Assembly (NCBI RefSeq): GCF_006345805.1
Contig: NC_042999.1
Span: 166,842,001 to 166,906,000, forward strand
Direction of reading: 5' to 3'
DNA length: 64,000 nt
From: Octopus sinensis
Taxonomy: Eukaryota
Part shown: positions 12,311 through 25,774 of the stretch, in pieces
Layout: every line of letters starts with the position of its first letter
Position numbering within the stretch: the stretch's first letter is position 1
Translations under genes and position numbers: made by a program
The notes under the pieces: generated by a model
What the model saw: the letters and a program-made list of their open reading frames with translations, nothing else
The model's database searches: none
What the model was told of the DNA's origin: nothing

Positions 12311-12729
12311 ACGTCAACCATCACGACACAAACCTTCACTCACTCACTCTATCTCTCTTTCTTACCCTCTTTCTCTCACTCTCTCTCTCTCTCATACACA
12401 CACATACACGCATACGCACACACACACAAATCCATTTCATATATCTTCTTTCAATTTCTGGTCTCCGCAAATCAAATTTTTTACGGATACAGCTGCTTAC
12501 AAAAACAGGGATTAATGTATAATTTCTTTCTACGTTCATAATTAAATCTATGTTTTAATGATTAGACAGAGGTCCAATAGAATAGCTCTCAGAAACAGGC
12601 TACCTACAAATACGTCAATCATCACGACACAAACCTTCACTCACTCACTGACTCTATCTCTCTTTCTCACCCTTTTTCTCTCTCACATACACCAGCGCAA
12701 GCACACACACACGCACCCACGCACACACT

Positions 12730-12774
<45 letters not shown>

Positions 12775-12973
12775 ACACACACACACACTCACGTCCATTT
12801 GATATATCTTCTTTCAATTTCTGCTCTCTGCAAATAAAATTTTTATGGATACAACTGCTTACAAAAACAGGGATTAATGTATAATGTCTTTCTATGTTCA
12901 TTATGAAATTAATGTTTTAATGATTAGACAGAGATTCAATAGAATAGCTCTCAGAAACAGACTACGTACAAAT
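12311..12973. repeat. Tandem duplication of a ~300-360 bp unit
   Basis: Unit 1 12311-12611 and unit 2 12612-12973 both run acgtcaa...tacaaat; the length difference lies mostly in CT/CA microsatellites. Confidence 0.85.
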
Positions 12974-12999
12974 TCATTCTTCACAACTCTTGAAGCTGT

Positions 13000-13295
13000 T
13001 TTCTGACAAGGAGTGGGGAGTCAAGGAATTTTCATACAGCTGGAGGTTCCAATCGAAACAGGGGACCCAAAATGATAAGGCTGAGAAACGCTGTTATAGA
13101 TTATGCCGATCTAATCGACTGGACTCCTCCCCCAAAATTCCAGGCCTTGTGCCTAGTGTATGTGGAATGCCTCTTTTAGGCATAACTTACAGGTTGACCC
13201 TTGTATGGAAGATCCGAATCTATTATGGACCATGATAAGTTATATGGAATATTCCTGTTTTTGAGATCATGGGCTTTCTAGATACCAAAATCTCT
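13000..13295 (-). mobile_element. PLE GIY-YIG C-terminal fragment
   Basis: Minus strand translates to DLKNRNIPYNLSWSIIDSDLPYKG, frameshift, then CKLCLKEAFHI; same pattern as the PLE endonucleases at 14.3 and 28.2 kb. Confidence 0.65.
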
Positions 13296-13325
13296 CTCTC
13301 ATATATATATATGTTCTTTCTAATA

Positions 13326-13385
13326 TAAATGGCGGTGCCCCAGCATGGCCACAGCTCATGAGCTGAAACTGGAAAAATAAAAAAA
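13326..13385 (+). mobile_element. Isolated 3' tail of the CR1/L2-like LINE family
   Basis: atggcggtgccccagcatggccacagctcatgagctgaaact plus A-rich tail is nearly identical to 49541-49590. Confidence 0.75.
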
Positions 13386-13393
13386 AAACAAAT

Positions 13394-13438
<45 letters not shown>

Positions 13439-13489
13439 ATATATAGGGAATATATAATAGTTTATATATATATATATTATAGTAGGGAA

Positions 13490-15435
13490 TATAATTCCAA
13501 ACTTACAGGGAAAAATTCAATTTAGCAATTCTAAATCAAATTTCACAATATTTCAATTAAGAGAAAGGACCTCCATTAACTAATTCAATAGTGAAGGACA
13601 TTATCTATATTATATAGAAAAAATTTAAATATACTATAATAAGTATTATTCGAAAAAATCATTAAATTAAATAAACATTGAATTGACTATGCGCGTTTCG
13701 TGACTATATTTTTAAATTGATAATAATAAAATCGATACTATTAAAATTAATTCGATTCAGGTCTAAAATAATAAGAAAATAAATGTATGTATCTTCACAT
13801 ATAATAATTAACAAATAAATATAGAAGTATACGTATCTTAATACTAACTAATCGAATAAAATATAACAATATTAATGAAAAATAAAATCATAACTTATTG
13901 AAGAATTTCAGTTAACTGAAATTTCAAACGTTAAAAGACATTTATTACGTGAAAACATGACGTAAATAATAACTATAGAATAAATAGATAGAAATATGTA
14001 TTTTAGCTGTGAAAATAAGAAATAAATTATATGTAATATACCATTTACTGTAAAAATTCTAAATTTTCAATATTTTAAAACTAAAATATGTAAAATATAT
14101 AAAATAAACTAAATTTCGATAACTTAATCTATATTCATAAACTTATTTTATAAACATCTTGGTTTAAACTTATTCTAATTATGTAATATACACTACATAA
14201 TCTACTGCTAATTTATACTCATTATACTACTACAAAATATAACTACAAAAATTAATAACATAAATCAGGGTTAAATATATACACCAATTAGCTAAACATT
14301 TTATATTAGTAAATTAACTTATGTCTACATTTAATTTTTCTCTCATCTTGGAATTAATTAATTTTTTATTATTAGATAGTAATATCACCATAAATTCATT
14401 TGTACATAGTAAACAAAAATTATTACCTATTCGATAAGATTTAGCTTTACAAACTATCTCCCAATTTACATTATACTTAATTCCTTTAGATTTCAATTCC
14501 CATACATATTTGCTAAGGCCAGTAGAATTAATCAACGCTTTATTATTAAATGAATGCATGTGTTGAGCCACCCTTAATTTAATTTTATTAGAAGTCGACC
14601 CCACGTAAATCGCATTTAAATTATAACTATTCGTATTAATATTATCATCAATCAAAGTCATTACACATTTATATACTACATCATCTAAATTACATTTATT
14701 CTAAAATTTATATTTTGTTAAGACAAAATATAAATTTTGTCTCTACATGCGCAATTAATTATATTCTGGTCTTTATTATAATTGGAATAATTATTTAATT
14801 TGTTACTGTAAAACTTATTAAGCTTAAATCTATTAAAAGAAGAAATAATGTTACCAACATTATTGGTAGTAGAATAACCAACTCCAAAACTATTACTAGA
14901 ACAAATGTTATTATATTTTTTATTACCTATAATGAATACTTTAATTAATTTTAATATCTCTTTAATAATATATTTTAACTTGTGCCCCATAAGGAATAAT
15001 TAGCTAAATTTTGTTCTTATTAACATTATTTTTATTTATTATATTGTTATATTTATTATTATCATTAAACGAATTAAATTTATTCTTATCTTTTAGTCTA
15101 TTATATTTGTTTTTTGTATTATCATAATACCTATTATTAAAACCATAATTACATAAATAAAACTTTTAATATTATTAAATAAAATTCTTAATATTAGATT
15201 TATTATAAAAAATATCATAGGAATCATTTATATTATAATCTTTTATATTATAATTATATTTACAATTATTAAAGAATTTAATACTATTATTATATCCGCG
15301 CGTAGTCAATTTAATGTTATTTAATTTAGTAATTTTTTGAATAATATTTATTATACTATATTTAAATTTTTTGTATATGATATAAATGATGTCCTTCACT
15401 ATTGAATTACTTAATAGAGGTTCCTTCTCTTAATT
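13490..15435 (-). mobile_element. Very AT-rich Penelope-like element (RT C-terminus, GIY-YIG, pLTR) with 5' inverted pLTR segment
   Basis: ORF 14314-14661 has YVGST...R...H..SF...STGLSKYVWELK...W.IV...CLLCTNE; inverted repeat 13555-13695/15297-15435; HHR 3' half GAAAC-GCGC-(G/A)TA-gtc at the arm boundary. Confidence 0.85.
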
Positions 15436-15443
15436 ATGTACAC

Positions 15444-15444
<1 letters not shown>

Positions 15445-15509
<65 letters not shown>

Positions 15510-15604
15510 AATATATGTATGTATATATACACACATATATATTTACATATATATGTATGTATATATATATATACATATATGCATATTTACATATATATGT
15601 ATGT

Positions 15605-15657
<53 letters not shown>

Positions 15658-15663
15658 CATATA

Positions 15664-15715
<52 letters not shown>
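15445..15715. repeat. Interrupted (TA)n microsatellite
   Basis: Direct reading; source of the spurious IY-repeat ORFs. Confidence 0.95.
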
Positions 15716-15720
15716 TATGT

Positions 15721-16365
15721 GGATATGTGGGCACAGGACGTCACGAAACGTGTACAACAAAACATACGAAGCACGAGTACATGGAACAAGAACTATTCTT
15801 TCGAGCAATGAAAGACACAAATGGAAAACGAGACAAATAACATAAGGAATGACTCTTCATCAGTTGTTGGCTGTTTGTCTTGTCTCGTATTTCGAGTATT
15901 TAACAACAATATACGCTTTCGATAAAACAGTTGCTCCCGCAAAGCAAATGAAATAAAATTTGGGATTTTTGCGGGTCAAAATTTGTAGCACAAACAGAAC
16001 AGTGAAAACAAACAGGAAGGGCTGCTTAGCCTAAACGAGATTGTGGTGGTGAACGCGTAAATCAAGCTTGGACAGGAGACAAACAAGAACACGTCTTTCT
16101 TGTTCCAGATACAACGGAGAGAAAGAAAGAAACACAAGTTAGGAGAAGAAAGATGGCCGATGTTCACGTGGGTGCCACATGAGCAAGGGAAGAGGAGTGA
16201 GGGAGAGAAAGAGTGACAGAGTAATAGGATAGAATAGTGGGAGAAGAGGAAATAAAAGAATAAGAGAAAAAAAGAGAGAAAAGCGAAAGAGTAAAAAGAT
16301 CGTATAGAGTGCGTATCAGAATTATTAAGAGAAAACTTACTTGGAAGGGGATGCGTGGCGTTCAA
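15721..16365. repeat. Dispersed PLE-terminus-like repeat, copy 2 (its first ~80 bp recur at 16441-16520)
   Basis: Similar to 4884-5500; gtgggcacaggacgtcacgaaacgtgtac...attctttcga is repeated after a short TA-rich tract. Confidence 0.65.
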
Positions 16366-16734
16366 TCATAAAATAATATAAATAATATATATATGTGCAT
16401 ATATACATACGCATATGTACATACATCTATACGTATATATGTGGGCACAGGACGTCACGAAACGTGTACGACAAAAAAAATACGAAGCACGAGTAGATGG
16501 AACATGAACTATTCTTTCGATATATATACTAATGGAGGATGTGTGCTCTCAGAACCATCGACATACCGGGAAAAATGCTTAGCGATATTTCATCCTCGTT
16601 ACATTCCGAGTTCAATTTCCACTAATATCGAGTTTGATTTTTAGAGTTGATAAAATAAGTACCAGTTGAGGTATTGCAGCTCTTGTGTCAAAATTTGAAA
16701 CCAATATATATATATATATATAATATATATATAT

Positions 16735-16931
16735 AGGGAGAATTCACGAAAAAAACAACAGACGAAGACTGGTGGTGTAGAAAACAAACAGATGTATTAG
16801 TATAACGCTTGGGAATTGAAAAAAGTCTTTAACGTTTCGAGCCTACGCTCTTCCACAGAAAGGAACACAGAAAGACACAAGGAGAAAAACAAGGAGAGAA
16901 AAAATGTGTGTAGTGGCTACCGATCTAGTGG

Positions 16932-16932
<1 letters not shown>
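16735..16932 (-). mobile_element. Solo ~200-bp PLE-terminus-like element in (TA)n carrying an HHR-like motif at 16827-16862
   Basis: Minus strand cttt-CTGTGGA-A-GAGC-gtag-GCTC-GAAA-CG-TT-aaag; 4-bp stems I and II, ACGT palindrome as stem III. Confidence 0.65.
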
Positions 16933-16967
<35 letters not shown>

Positions 16968-18367
16968 ACTTAATAAAGGTGAAATAATGTAACAAAAAAA
17001 CCCCCGACTGAGCTGAGAAAGAAGTGTATATAAAATATCATATATAGAGTTAGAAGAACAACACCATGAATAAGAAAAATAAAATATATCCCCCCAAAAG
17101 ACAGTCAAAGCAAACAAATCAAGGCACCCTATACACCTTGATTGCTATCATCGTAAATGCAAATAACTTCTCTCTATTGTCCATCTTCAAACGAAGCATG
17201 AAACGTTTGCCATCCAGCCAATCTCAGCTCATCACTCGTCCTAATAATTAATTTGTGACAAAAAAAAAATGCAAGAACTCCCCTTGCTTTCTTCTCTATT
17301 CTCACCTTCACATCAAGTGGTACTTGACAGAATTGATGAGTGCGGAGGAGAAAAGCCTGTTCTCATATGTTCCAAGCTATTACTGCCAGACAGAGGTAGC
17401 CAATACATAGTCTCTCGGCTTGCTAGAAATAGCAGCAAAATCTTCAAGTCACATCTGCTGTCTTGAAAAAAGTGTACATTGGATTCTTCAGTTTTAAATA
17501 TCTGCAACCAGATGAGAGATGGGATTGTCATGGGTGGAACTTTGACTGTTGGTCAGAGTTGATTTGTAATCTAGCAATAACAACAACAACAACATTTATT
17601 AAAGAAAGTTGTCCAAAAATAATGTTTGCAAAAGACTCGTTAGAAAACTTGAACTGTTCTATTCAGTGAAGCAACTATTTGCATAAATCCAAAAATATAT
17701 CACAAATGACGTATGTCCACGTTGACACACTAGGGGGCATGCGTTTAACAGTTTCGTTCAACTTACTTCATTTCTAATATTTTCTGCGATTCGAATTGCC
17801 GTGCTTGTACAGCTTCTCGTGAACTGACATTCCCCATCGGTAGTACTTATAGACCAAATATCACTGACAGTTTTCTATAAATGTTAGGTGTGAATTTCTT
17901 CTGGACATGTCTGTAAAATGCGTCACAGTAAGTTTCTGGTGTCATTATCACTCTTGTTCGTACATAATGTAAATTTATTGTTTAATCAATTGCAATATCT
18001 AGTAGATGGAGAGGTGTGAGTACATGTCAGCATTTCGGCTGCCAAGCGCCCATAATCGACTTACATTTAAACTCCGTCAGAGATAAAATGAGGTGAAGAT
18101 TTTTAATGAGAGATGCCGTACTGGATTTCTTTCTAGATTTCTACAGATGCCTTAGTTCCAGATTCTTTCTGTATAAAACGCTGAGTCGTATGTTCTTTGT
18201 TGGCTGGTTATCCCTTTCCTGTTACTGTTATAATGTGAAACGAGAAAGCAGTGGCTGTTCTGTATAATGTAGAGGAGAACATGTTATAAAGAAGAGTGGA
18301 TTAGATATATAATAAACAGATAGAGATTCAAAGCGAGAGAGAGAGAGAGAGAGAGAGAGATAAAGAA

Positions 18368-18412
<45 letters not shown>

Positions 18413-18929
18413 GGAACAAGAGAGAATGAGTGAGCGAGAGAGAAAGAGAGAGAAGACTGTGATAATTAGTAGCTAAATGGCAAGAGAAATCCCGGCAGTC
18501 ATTCGAGCAAAGTGGAATATATGGAGTGATGAAAGTGTGTGAGAGAAATAAACAGCTCATGTAAGAATAATAATGGGAAGAAGGTAGTGTTCTATAATAT
18601 GAAGGGGTTGATAACGTGATAAAATAATAGTGCAAGAGGAAGCAGGAGTTGTTCTGAGAAATGTGAAAGAAAGAGAGAGGAAGTATTATAGAGACAGAGT
18701 GGATTAGATAGACAGATAAGAAAAGTGGTGCATGCTAACAAGAGCATACAATTCTTGAAGCAAAAGTATTAAGAATTACCGAGAAAAGACAGCAGCGAAT
18801 TATCGAGAGAAGACTGAATTCTACGTTTATATATAAGTTACGGGGTCGTAGACACATCAACACCGTTTGTCAAGCGGTGGTGGAGGACAAACACAGACAC
18901 ACCCACATATACATACGACGGGCTTCTGT

Positions 18930-19190
18930 ATGGTGACTTAAGGAGGATAAAATGAAGTACAGCATAACTTGGTCCATAGTAAAGTACGTGAAACCATACA
19001 ATATAATTTCCAGGAGATGCCATCTCTGCTCTGAGGAATCCCTTTCTATTCTGTGGACTAACGAGAAGATCATTAATAGAATTTCTGAACGACTCTCGAG
19101 AGGCCTACATGCATATAAATGTACTTTCGCACAATGCAGTGGGAATGAATTTTGAGTAACCGTCAATATAATTTCATTTACTTTAAGGTA
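18930..19190 (+). mobile_element. PLE GIY-YIG C-terminal fragment
   Basis: KYSITWSIVKYVKPYNIISRRCHLCSEESLSIL matches the W.I...Y...C.LC..E pattern. Confidence 0.75.
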
Positions 19191-20297
19191 TGGATGACTT
19201 AACTTTACTTTTAACCTCAACAGTCTTATAAACACCAGATTGATAGCTAACTTGCTTTGTGATCATGAGTGCACCAAAACTCATGTGTGCATAAGCTCAC
19301 ATTTGTGCAGATGCTTGCATGAGCAAGTGTACTTGTGCCATGCAGCTTGCCCGACGGCGTTTATATCATCCATATCTGTTAATGGGTATTTTAAATACTT
19401 TTCTCGCTGGTTTACGTGTTCGTTTCTCTTTTTGCCATCTGTGAATTTATTTTTGATCTTCTATATAAATAAAGATATATGTGACTTTCTACAAAAACAG
19501 AAAGTCACATTGTAGAACTGTTATTTTAACGAGTTATATTAATTTATCCCCCGACGAGATACATCTGCACCACCGGATGCTCCTGAACCAATTGTTGAGT
19601 GTTCCACCCATGAAGAATCGATGCTAGATATGTCGAAACAATTGTCATGATTAATAATAAATTATCGTATATTTCATCTCCCGTCTTTCATTTGCCAAAT
19701 ACGTATGTATATGTACGTGTGTGTATATGTGGGTGCGCGTGTATATATATATATATATATAAAGTGCACGCATATGTACAAACACGCACCCCCACGCGCG
19801 CACACACACACCACGCACAGACATTTACACATACATAATAGAGTCACGTGAAATAGAAACATATACAGTAATGCTGTTGGTAGTCAGGAATAAAAGTCAA
19901 GGGAAATATTTCTGGTGCAAATAGTTGGTTATAGTAAACAAGCGATTTGACTTCTGCACCAGCAGTGTGAGAGTCAACAGATCTGTTCTGAAGTCTCGCA
20001 TTATGACGTCTTCTAAGACGGTCGATTAAGTGAGATTTTGTGTGTGTGTATGTGCATATGTAAAGGAACAGCGTGAGTTCGTGTGCAAGCACCGTAGAGT
20101 AATTATTTCATTGACTATGAATATCCAGCGGAAATATCCTGAACGTAACAAACACCATTTTTCTCAATCAGAAGTCAATAAAGCTGATCACTCGTTGATG
20201 GTATCTCATATTACGAAATGTTAAGTAAACCTTGACTCCAGTTGTTTCACTTCTAATGTGTAGAATGAAAATATATTTTACACCTCAATCTAACGAC

Positions 20298-20328
<31 letters not shown>

Positions 20329-20354
20329 TGTATGTATGTATGTATGTATGTATG

Positions 20355-20429
<75 letters not shown>

Positions 20430-20485
20430 ATGTAACGTGTATATAAATGCATGTGTGTGCATCTGTCTTTATGAGCATATGTATA

Positions 20486-20524
<39 letters not shown>

Positions 20525-22086
20525 CCGGAGTAAACACATAAATGTGAAACAAGGTGGAAAAAGAGTACTCAAATACCAGTGGTAGAGTATATATTTATAT
20601 GTACGCATTCGTGTATGTATGCATGCTGGTTTATGTTACACTGATCGGAAACTGGAAAGGCATGGTGTTTTTCTAAATACTCGTCAAAGGTACTCTATAT
20701 ATATTGCATTTATTATCGATTACATTCAACTATGTCTAATGGCTTCCCTGTCTAAATAAAACTGAAAAATGCTAATTTACTCCATATGTGCGTCTGTTTC
20801 TCTGTGTATATATGCATGTATGCCTGCGTACACACACACATACTTAATATACGCATTTTTCTTTTTTGTTGCCCATTAAATCTACTGTCGACCCCACTGC
20901 TTCATTTATGAATCCATTTATAACTACACTCCAATGTTTAATGTGCAACTTCAGTTGCAGATGGGGAATATAAATGTTAGGATTGAGATTCAAAGCGTTG
21001 CTCAGTGCAAATGTCTCGCTTCCTTGCTTCTCCGGAGAGTACCAAGAGCGTTTCTCCGTCATTCCTTCCCAAAAGTAAGACCGCCTAAGTGAACGATGGA
21101 TAGAAATTCCTTCCATTCTTGAAGAAGTGACATTGCTCTTCTTCAAGTTGATCATCTTTTTGTTTTTAAATTGGTTTCAGATTTTCGCACAATGCTCAAC
21201 TTGTACTTATTTTATCAACGAAGAAAGAATGAAACGCAATGTGAACCTCGGCGGCATTTGGACTCGGAACGAAAAGTTGGAAGAAATGCTACTAGGCAAC
21301 TGGCTTTGGTTTGTTTACGTCCTCGTAACTTAGGGGTTCGGCAAAAAAGACCGATATATTAAGTACCAGATTTCTAAAAAACAAGTGCTGGGATCGATTC
21401 GTTCGACCAAAGCTTTTGAAGTCGGTGCTCGAGCACGGGTGCAGTCCAATGACTAGAAACAAGTTAAAGATAAACACAAACAAACAAAAACGTGTGCACA
21501 CTCAGCGTGTGCACAATCTGTCACTCTTTTATGCTTTCTGTGATAAATTATTTAAAGAATGCTATTACGAGTCTCGTAACTGCTGACTTATCAATTCATT
21601 GCCCAATACCATGTCGATTTATGCATTAGCATTCTCTATAAATGTTTGGGGAGCGGAGAATAACGGTAGCTGTATTCTCTTATTCATGAACGGTCGACCG
21701 GGATTAAGTAAATTACGTAACTACTGAAATATCCTTCATAATATCATATAAAAACTCCCCACTTAACTATTATTAATTATCAGCATGTCGCTTGGTGACT
21801 AAGTAGTTACCTACGAAAACGACGTGAGGTAGCCTCTCAGAGATGTTAGACCTGCTAGAAATAGGAGACAAATATCTATCAAATCGCTTCCACTATCTTT
21901 TGAAAAACCCAAGGATACAATTCTTGACGCGCATTTTGTCAAAAATAAGTAATCACGGCCTTTGGTCAATCACGGCCTTTGGTCAAAGTTGATCTGGGAT
22001 CTTTAGATCAGTAACAACTGTTTAATACTTAGCGGTATGTCATCCGCCTTCACGTTATGGTTTCAAATTTACATATATATATATAT

Positions 22087-22237
22087 ATCGCTGGTCACAA
22101 TGCGCTTCGCATTGTTTTAGCCTTCAAATGAGGCCACCCCTCTGGCTAAGCGAGCAGGCCAACAGAAGAAAGAGTGAGAGAAAGTTGTGGCGAAAGAGTA
22201 CAGCAGGGATCGCCACCACCGCCTGCCGGAGCCTCAA
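22087..22237 (-). mobile_element. SINE fragment with OR-like body and an alternative 3' tail
   Basis: Reverse complement shares gaggctccggcagg...gatccctgctgtactct...acaactttctctcactc with 26301/56600, then continues into the tail seen at 27876. Confidence 0.7.
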
Positions 22238-22878
22238 ATTGTTACTCATCTCTTTGTCTCTTTGTTGTTAAATAAATGGATTGTCAACAAAACACTTTTT
22301 TACTCGGCGCAAAATAAATACAAAACTCTTTCGCGCCCAAAGTAATGTGTGTGAGAGAGAGAGGGGGGAGAAATATGAACGATTTAAAATACATAAATGA
22401 TTTAAAATAAATATATTGTCATTCGTTTTTGGATTTGGTTTGCAAGCTTCTTTATATGAGTTCGTATGTTGAAGCGTATTCTGTTGTGTCTGGGGAGAGT
22501 CATTTTCTTTCTGTGCCTTATAATGTAACACACTCACCGGTAAAATTTCCACTTTTTTCTTATTTCTATTTTCCTAAGATTTTCGTTGCGTCTTGCAACC
22601 TTTTCAATAGTTTTGACTCTGTTCGTTATTTACACTGCGTTCCCTTTTCTTTGTTTGTGCGCATGTGTGTGGTCAGTGTGTGTGTGTGTGTGCCTATACA
22701 TGTATGTACGTATGCATGTGTGTGTTTGCATGTGTATGTATATATGTGTGTGTATGCATATGTATATATGTATGTACGTATTCTGCATATTTATGTGCTT
22801 GCCTGTCCGTGTTTGTGTATTTTCTATGTATGTGAGCATGTGTTTGTATATGTATGCACCTCTGCCTCCTTGTGTGTG

Positions 22879-22914
<36 letters not shown>

Positions 22915-23394
22915 GCAACTATGTACCATGTTTGTATGTGTGGATGTGCATCTTTATATGTGTGGATCCGTGTCTCCATATGTGTCTGTTCCTATAGTCT
23001 ATATACCTATCCGTCTGTATATTGATCTGTTTATTTACATATCTGACATACAAACGCATGCAAACACACACACATACACACACATACATACGAACTTGCG
23101 TGCATGTATAGGCACACACACACTGACCCTCACACATGCGCACAAGCAAACAAAAGGGAATGCAGTATATTGTAATTGTTGTGTGAGAAAGTATACATAC
23201 TATGATTATAAAATATAGTGTCTTTCAAAAACAAAACACAAAACATTTTACATTTTATTTTTTATGAACGTCATCACTTACTCTCTCTGTCTCTCCTTCT
23301 CTCACTTTATCTTTCCCGTGAAACTCTCTGCCTTCTTCTTCCACTTTTTTTTATCTTATTTTTTTTGTTAGACGCCGTCAAGATAGACAAAAAC

Positions 23395-23945
23395 CAAAGT
23401 GTTACTCATATAGTAAGTGAATGTAGTATACTGGCACAGAAACAAAACAAAAAAAAAAGACATGACAACCTAGGGAGAGTAATCCACTGGGAGTTATGTA
23501 GAAAGTTAGTTTGAACATACTAATAAATAGTATGAGCATGAACCTAGTAAAGTACTAGAAAGTAAGAAATACAAGATGTTGTGGAACTTCAACATTCCGA
23601 CTGACGCAGAAGCTAGAAGGCCTGATTTAGTAGTGGTTGATAAAGAGAATAGAAAGTGCCAGATAATTGACTTTACAGTCTCAAATGAAGAAAAAAATCA
23701 ATATGAGAGGTATTATAGAGGAAATAGCAAAGTACCAGGACCTAGCCATTGAATTACAGAGACTATGGAAAGTGTGGGTAAAATGTGTGCCAGTTGTTAA
23801 AGGTGCATCAGTGAAATCTCTAAAGATTTGAACAGAAGAAATAGGCATAAAATTCAGTTGAGTATGGCTCTAGAAACCAGTGTTATTAGAAACAGGTAGA
23901 ATACTTAGGGTTCTTGACACCTAAGGTTGTAGCACGATGTTAGGA
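23395..23945 (+). mobile_element. R4/Dong-like LINE 3' fragment (zinc knuckle end and restriction-like endonuclease)
   Basis: HIVSECSILAQ...RHDNLGRVIHWELC, then LWNFNI...RPDLVVVD and KYQDLAIEL-like motifs; followed by (ACT)n(AAT)n. Confidence 0.8.
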
Positions 23946-23981
23946 ACTTTTTTTTTCCAACAGTCTAATTTATTGTGTGTA

Positions 23982-24022
23982 TACTACTACTACTACTACT
24001 ATTACTGCTACTACTACTACTA

Positions 24023-24083
<61 letters not shown>

Positions 24084-24100
24084 ATAATAATAATAATAAT
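23982..24100. repeat. (ACT)n-(AAT)n compound microsatellite
   Basis: Direct reading. Confidence 0.95.
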
Positions 24101-24149
24101 GATATAAGACAGAAGCACTTATATATTCTTACTGATAAATGACAACAAA

Positions 24150-24650
24150 AGCTTCTCAATGGCAATTACCTAAAGAGAGCTAATAGTGCCGATGTTGACA
24201 AAGCCCTTACCCATCAATGTTTAATGTCTTCTGGACTGAAATCAGAGATAGACAGGTTTATCATAGCAACCCAAGACCAATGCCTACCTACAAGAAGCTA
24301 CCAGGCCAACATCTTAAAGAACGGCAGTAGTCCAACATGTCGTGTATATGAACAACAAAATGAAACCATTGATCATGTTGTCTCCATGTGCAGTCGTTTT
24401 ACGCCTGCAGAATATCTCATCAGACATGATAGAGCAGCACAGTATATTCCCTGAGTAATTTGCAAAGACTTGAACCTGCCCATGATAAAAACTGGGGGAA
24501 GCACTAACCACCGCCCGTCTTTGAAAACGACCGCATCTCACTCCTCTGGAACTTCACTGTTCAAACTGACAGAAAGATAGACGCAAATAGGCCAGGCATT
24601 ATATTGAAAGACTTCAGACAAAAATCATGCCTCCTCATCTATACGACTGT
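24150..24650 (+). mobile_element. R4/Dong-like LINE fragment
   Basis: GLKSEIDRFIIATQDQCLPTRSY...CRVY...ETIDHVVSMC...RHD, then LWNFTVQTDRKIDANRPGI. Confidence 0.8.
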
Positions 24651-24846
24651 CCGAATAGTGCTCATGGGAACTGCCCATATCCTACATAAAATACTGTCTA
24701 TGTAATCCCCAAAATATTTTAATCCGTAAACAGTGTCAAAATACCTTTAATGAATGGGAAATTAATAGAATGCCTGGTGTTAGTCTTGTTGTGTCTACCC
24801 CCTTCTAAAAAAATGGGGAATAGGCCTGGGCATATATAAAAATTTA

Positions 24847-25054
24847 TATAAACAATTCATAATTAAGGGCAAACGAAAAAAATTCTAATGCCAGATATGC
24901 CGAAAAATTGGACATATTGTCCATTAACCATATAATTTTTTCACAATATGCATATTGTGAAAAAATTATATGGTTAATGGACAATATGTCCAATTTTTCG
25001 GCATATCTGGCATTAGAAATTTTTTCGTTTGCCCTTAATTATGAATTGTTTATA
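24847..25054. repeat. Spacerless 208-bp palindrome (104-bp arms, 1 mismatch)
   Basis: Centre ...cacaatatg|catattgtg... at 24950/24951; arms checked base by base, single mismatch at 24882/25019. Confidence 0.95.
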
Positions 25055-25162
25055 GATTTAACCTTTAAAGGTATTTTTTGATATGCTGGCCATTGATAAA
25101 ATTTTTTTTGAAAAGGAATATATTTTTTTCGAAAAAGATTTTATCCTTCCTTAGATATAAAA

Positions 25163-25204
<42 letters not shown>

Positions 25205-25774
25205 ATAATGATGGTACTCCAACATGGCCACACCCTCTCCGTGAAACAATTAAAAGTAATATATATTTGATTAGGTTTCTCACAGTTTCTGTACACCATA
25301 TTCCATTCACATATTAGAAGTCAGCTCGAGTCCATTGTAGAAAAGTCTTGTCCTTAGAGCAATAACGAAGGATCGGGGCCGACACGGTGCTCTTTTGCCT
25401 GTACCTATTTAACGGATGAGATCTGCAGTTTACACGAGTGAATAAAGTGTTGTATTACAAAACGACGTCTCCAGTAAATACTATATGGCAGGTATTCACT
25501 CATCAGCCAGTCCATCAAGTTATACATTGCTATACATTGATACCAATCAATATCAAGTTATACATTGATACCACTCTATGCTAGTAGCATTGAAACTATT
25601 GTAAAACTGATTTTTGACATTAGTGTGGTAATGACTCGATATACAAGTTAATTTGTTCCCGGTGATCGCTCGTAAAGCGAAAACATGTAAAGCAGAGTAA
25701 TAATTTCCCATAGTATCAATGAAATTTAATGCCGTCATTTTACTTCTTTGCTGTATAGACGCGTCAGAACCAGT

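Noticed and set aside
13490-15435. Very AT-rich block as a mitochondrial insertion or foreign DNA
   Set aside because: It encodes PLE GIY-YIG motifs and has the pLTR inversion typical of PLEs; no mitochondrial gene motifs were seen.
25420-25515. Minus-strand CTGATGA followed by a 9-bp inverted repeat (gagtgaata/tattcactc)
   Set aside because: No GAAA follows the stem and no stem I partner exists; only a hairpin.
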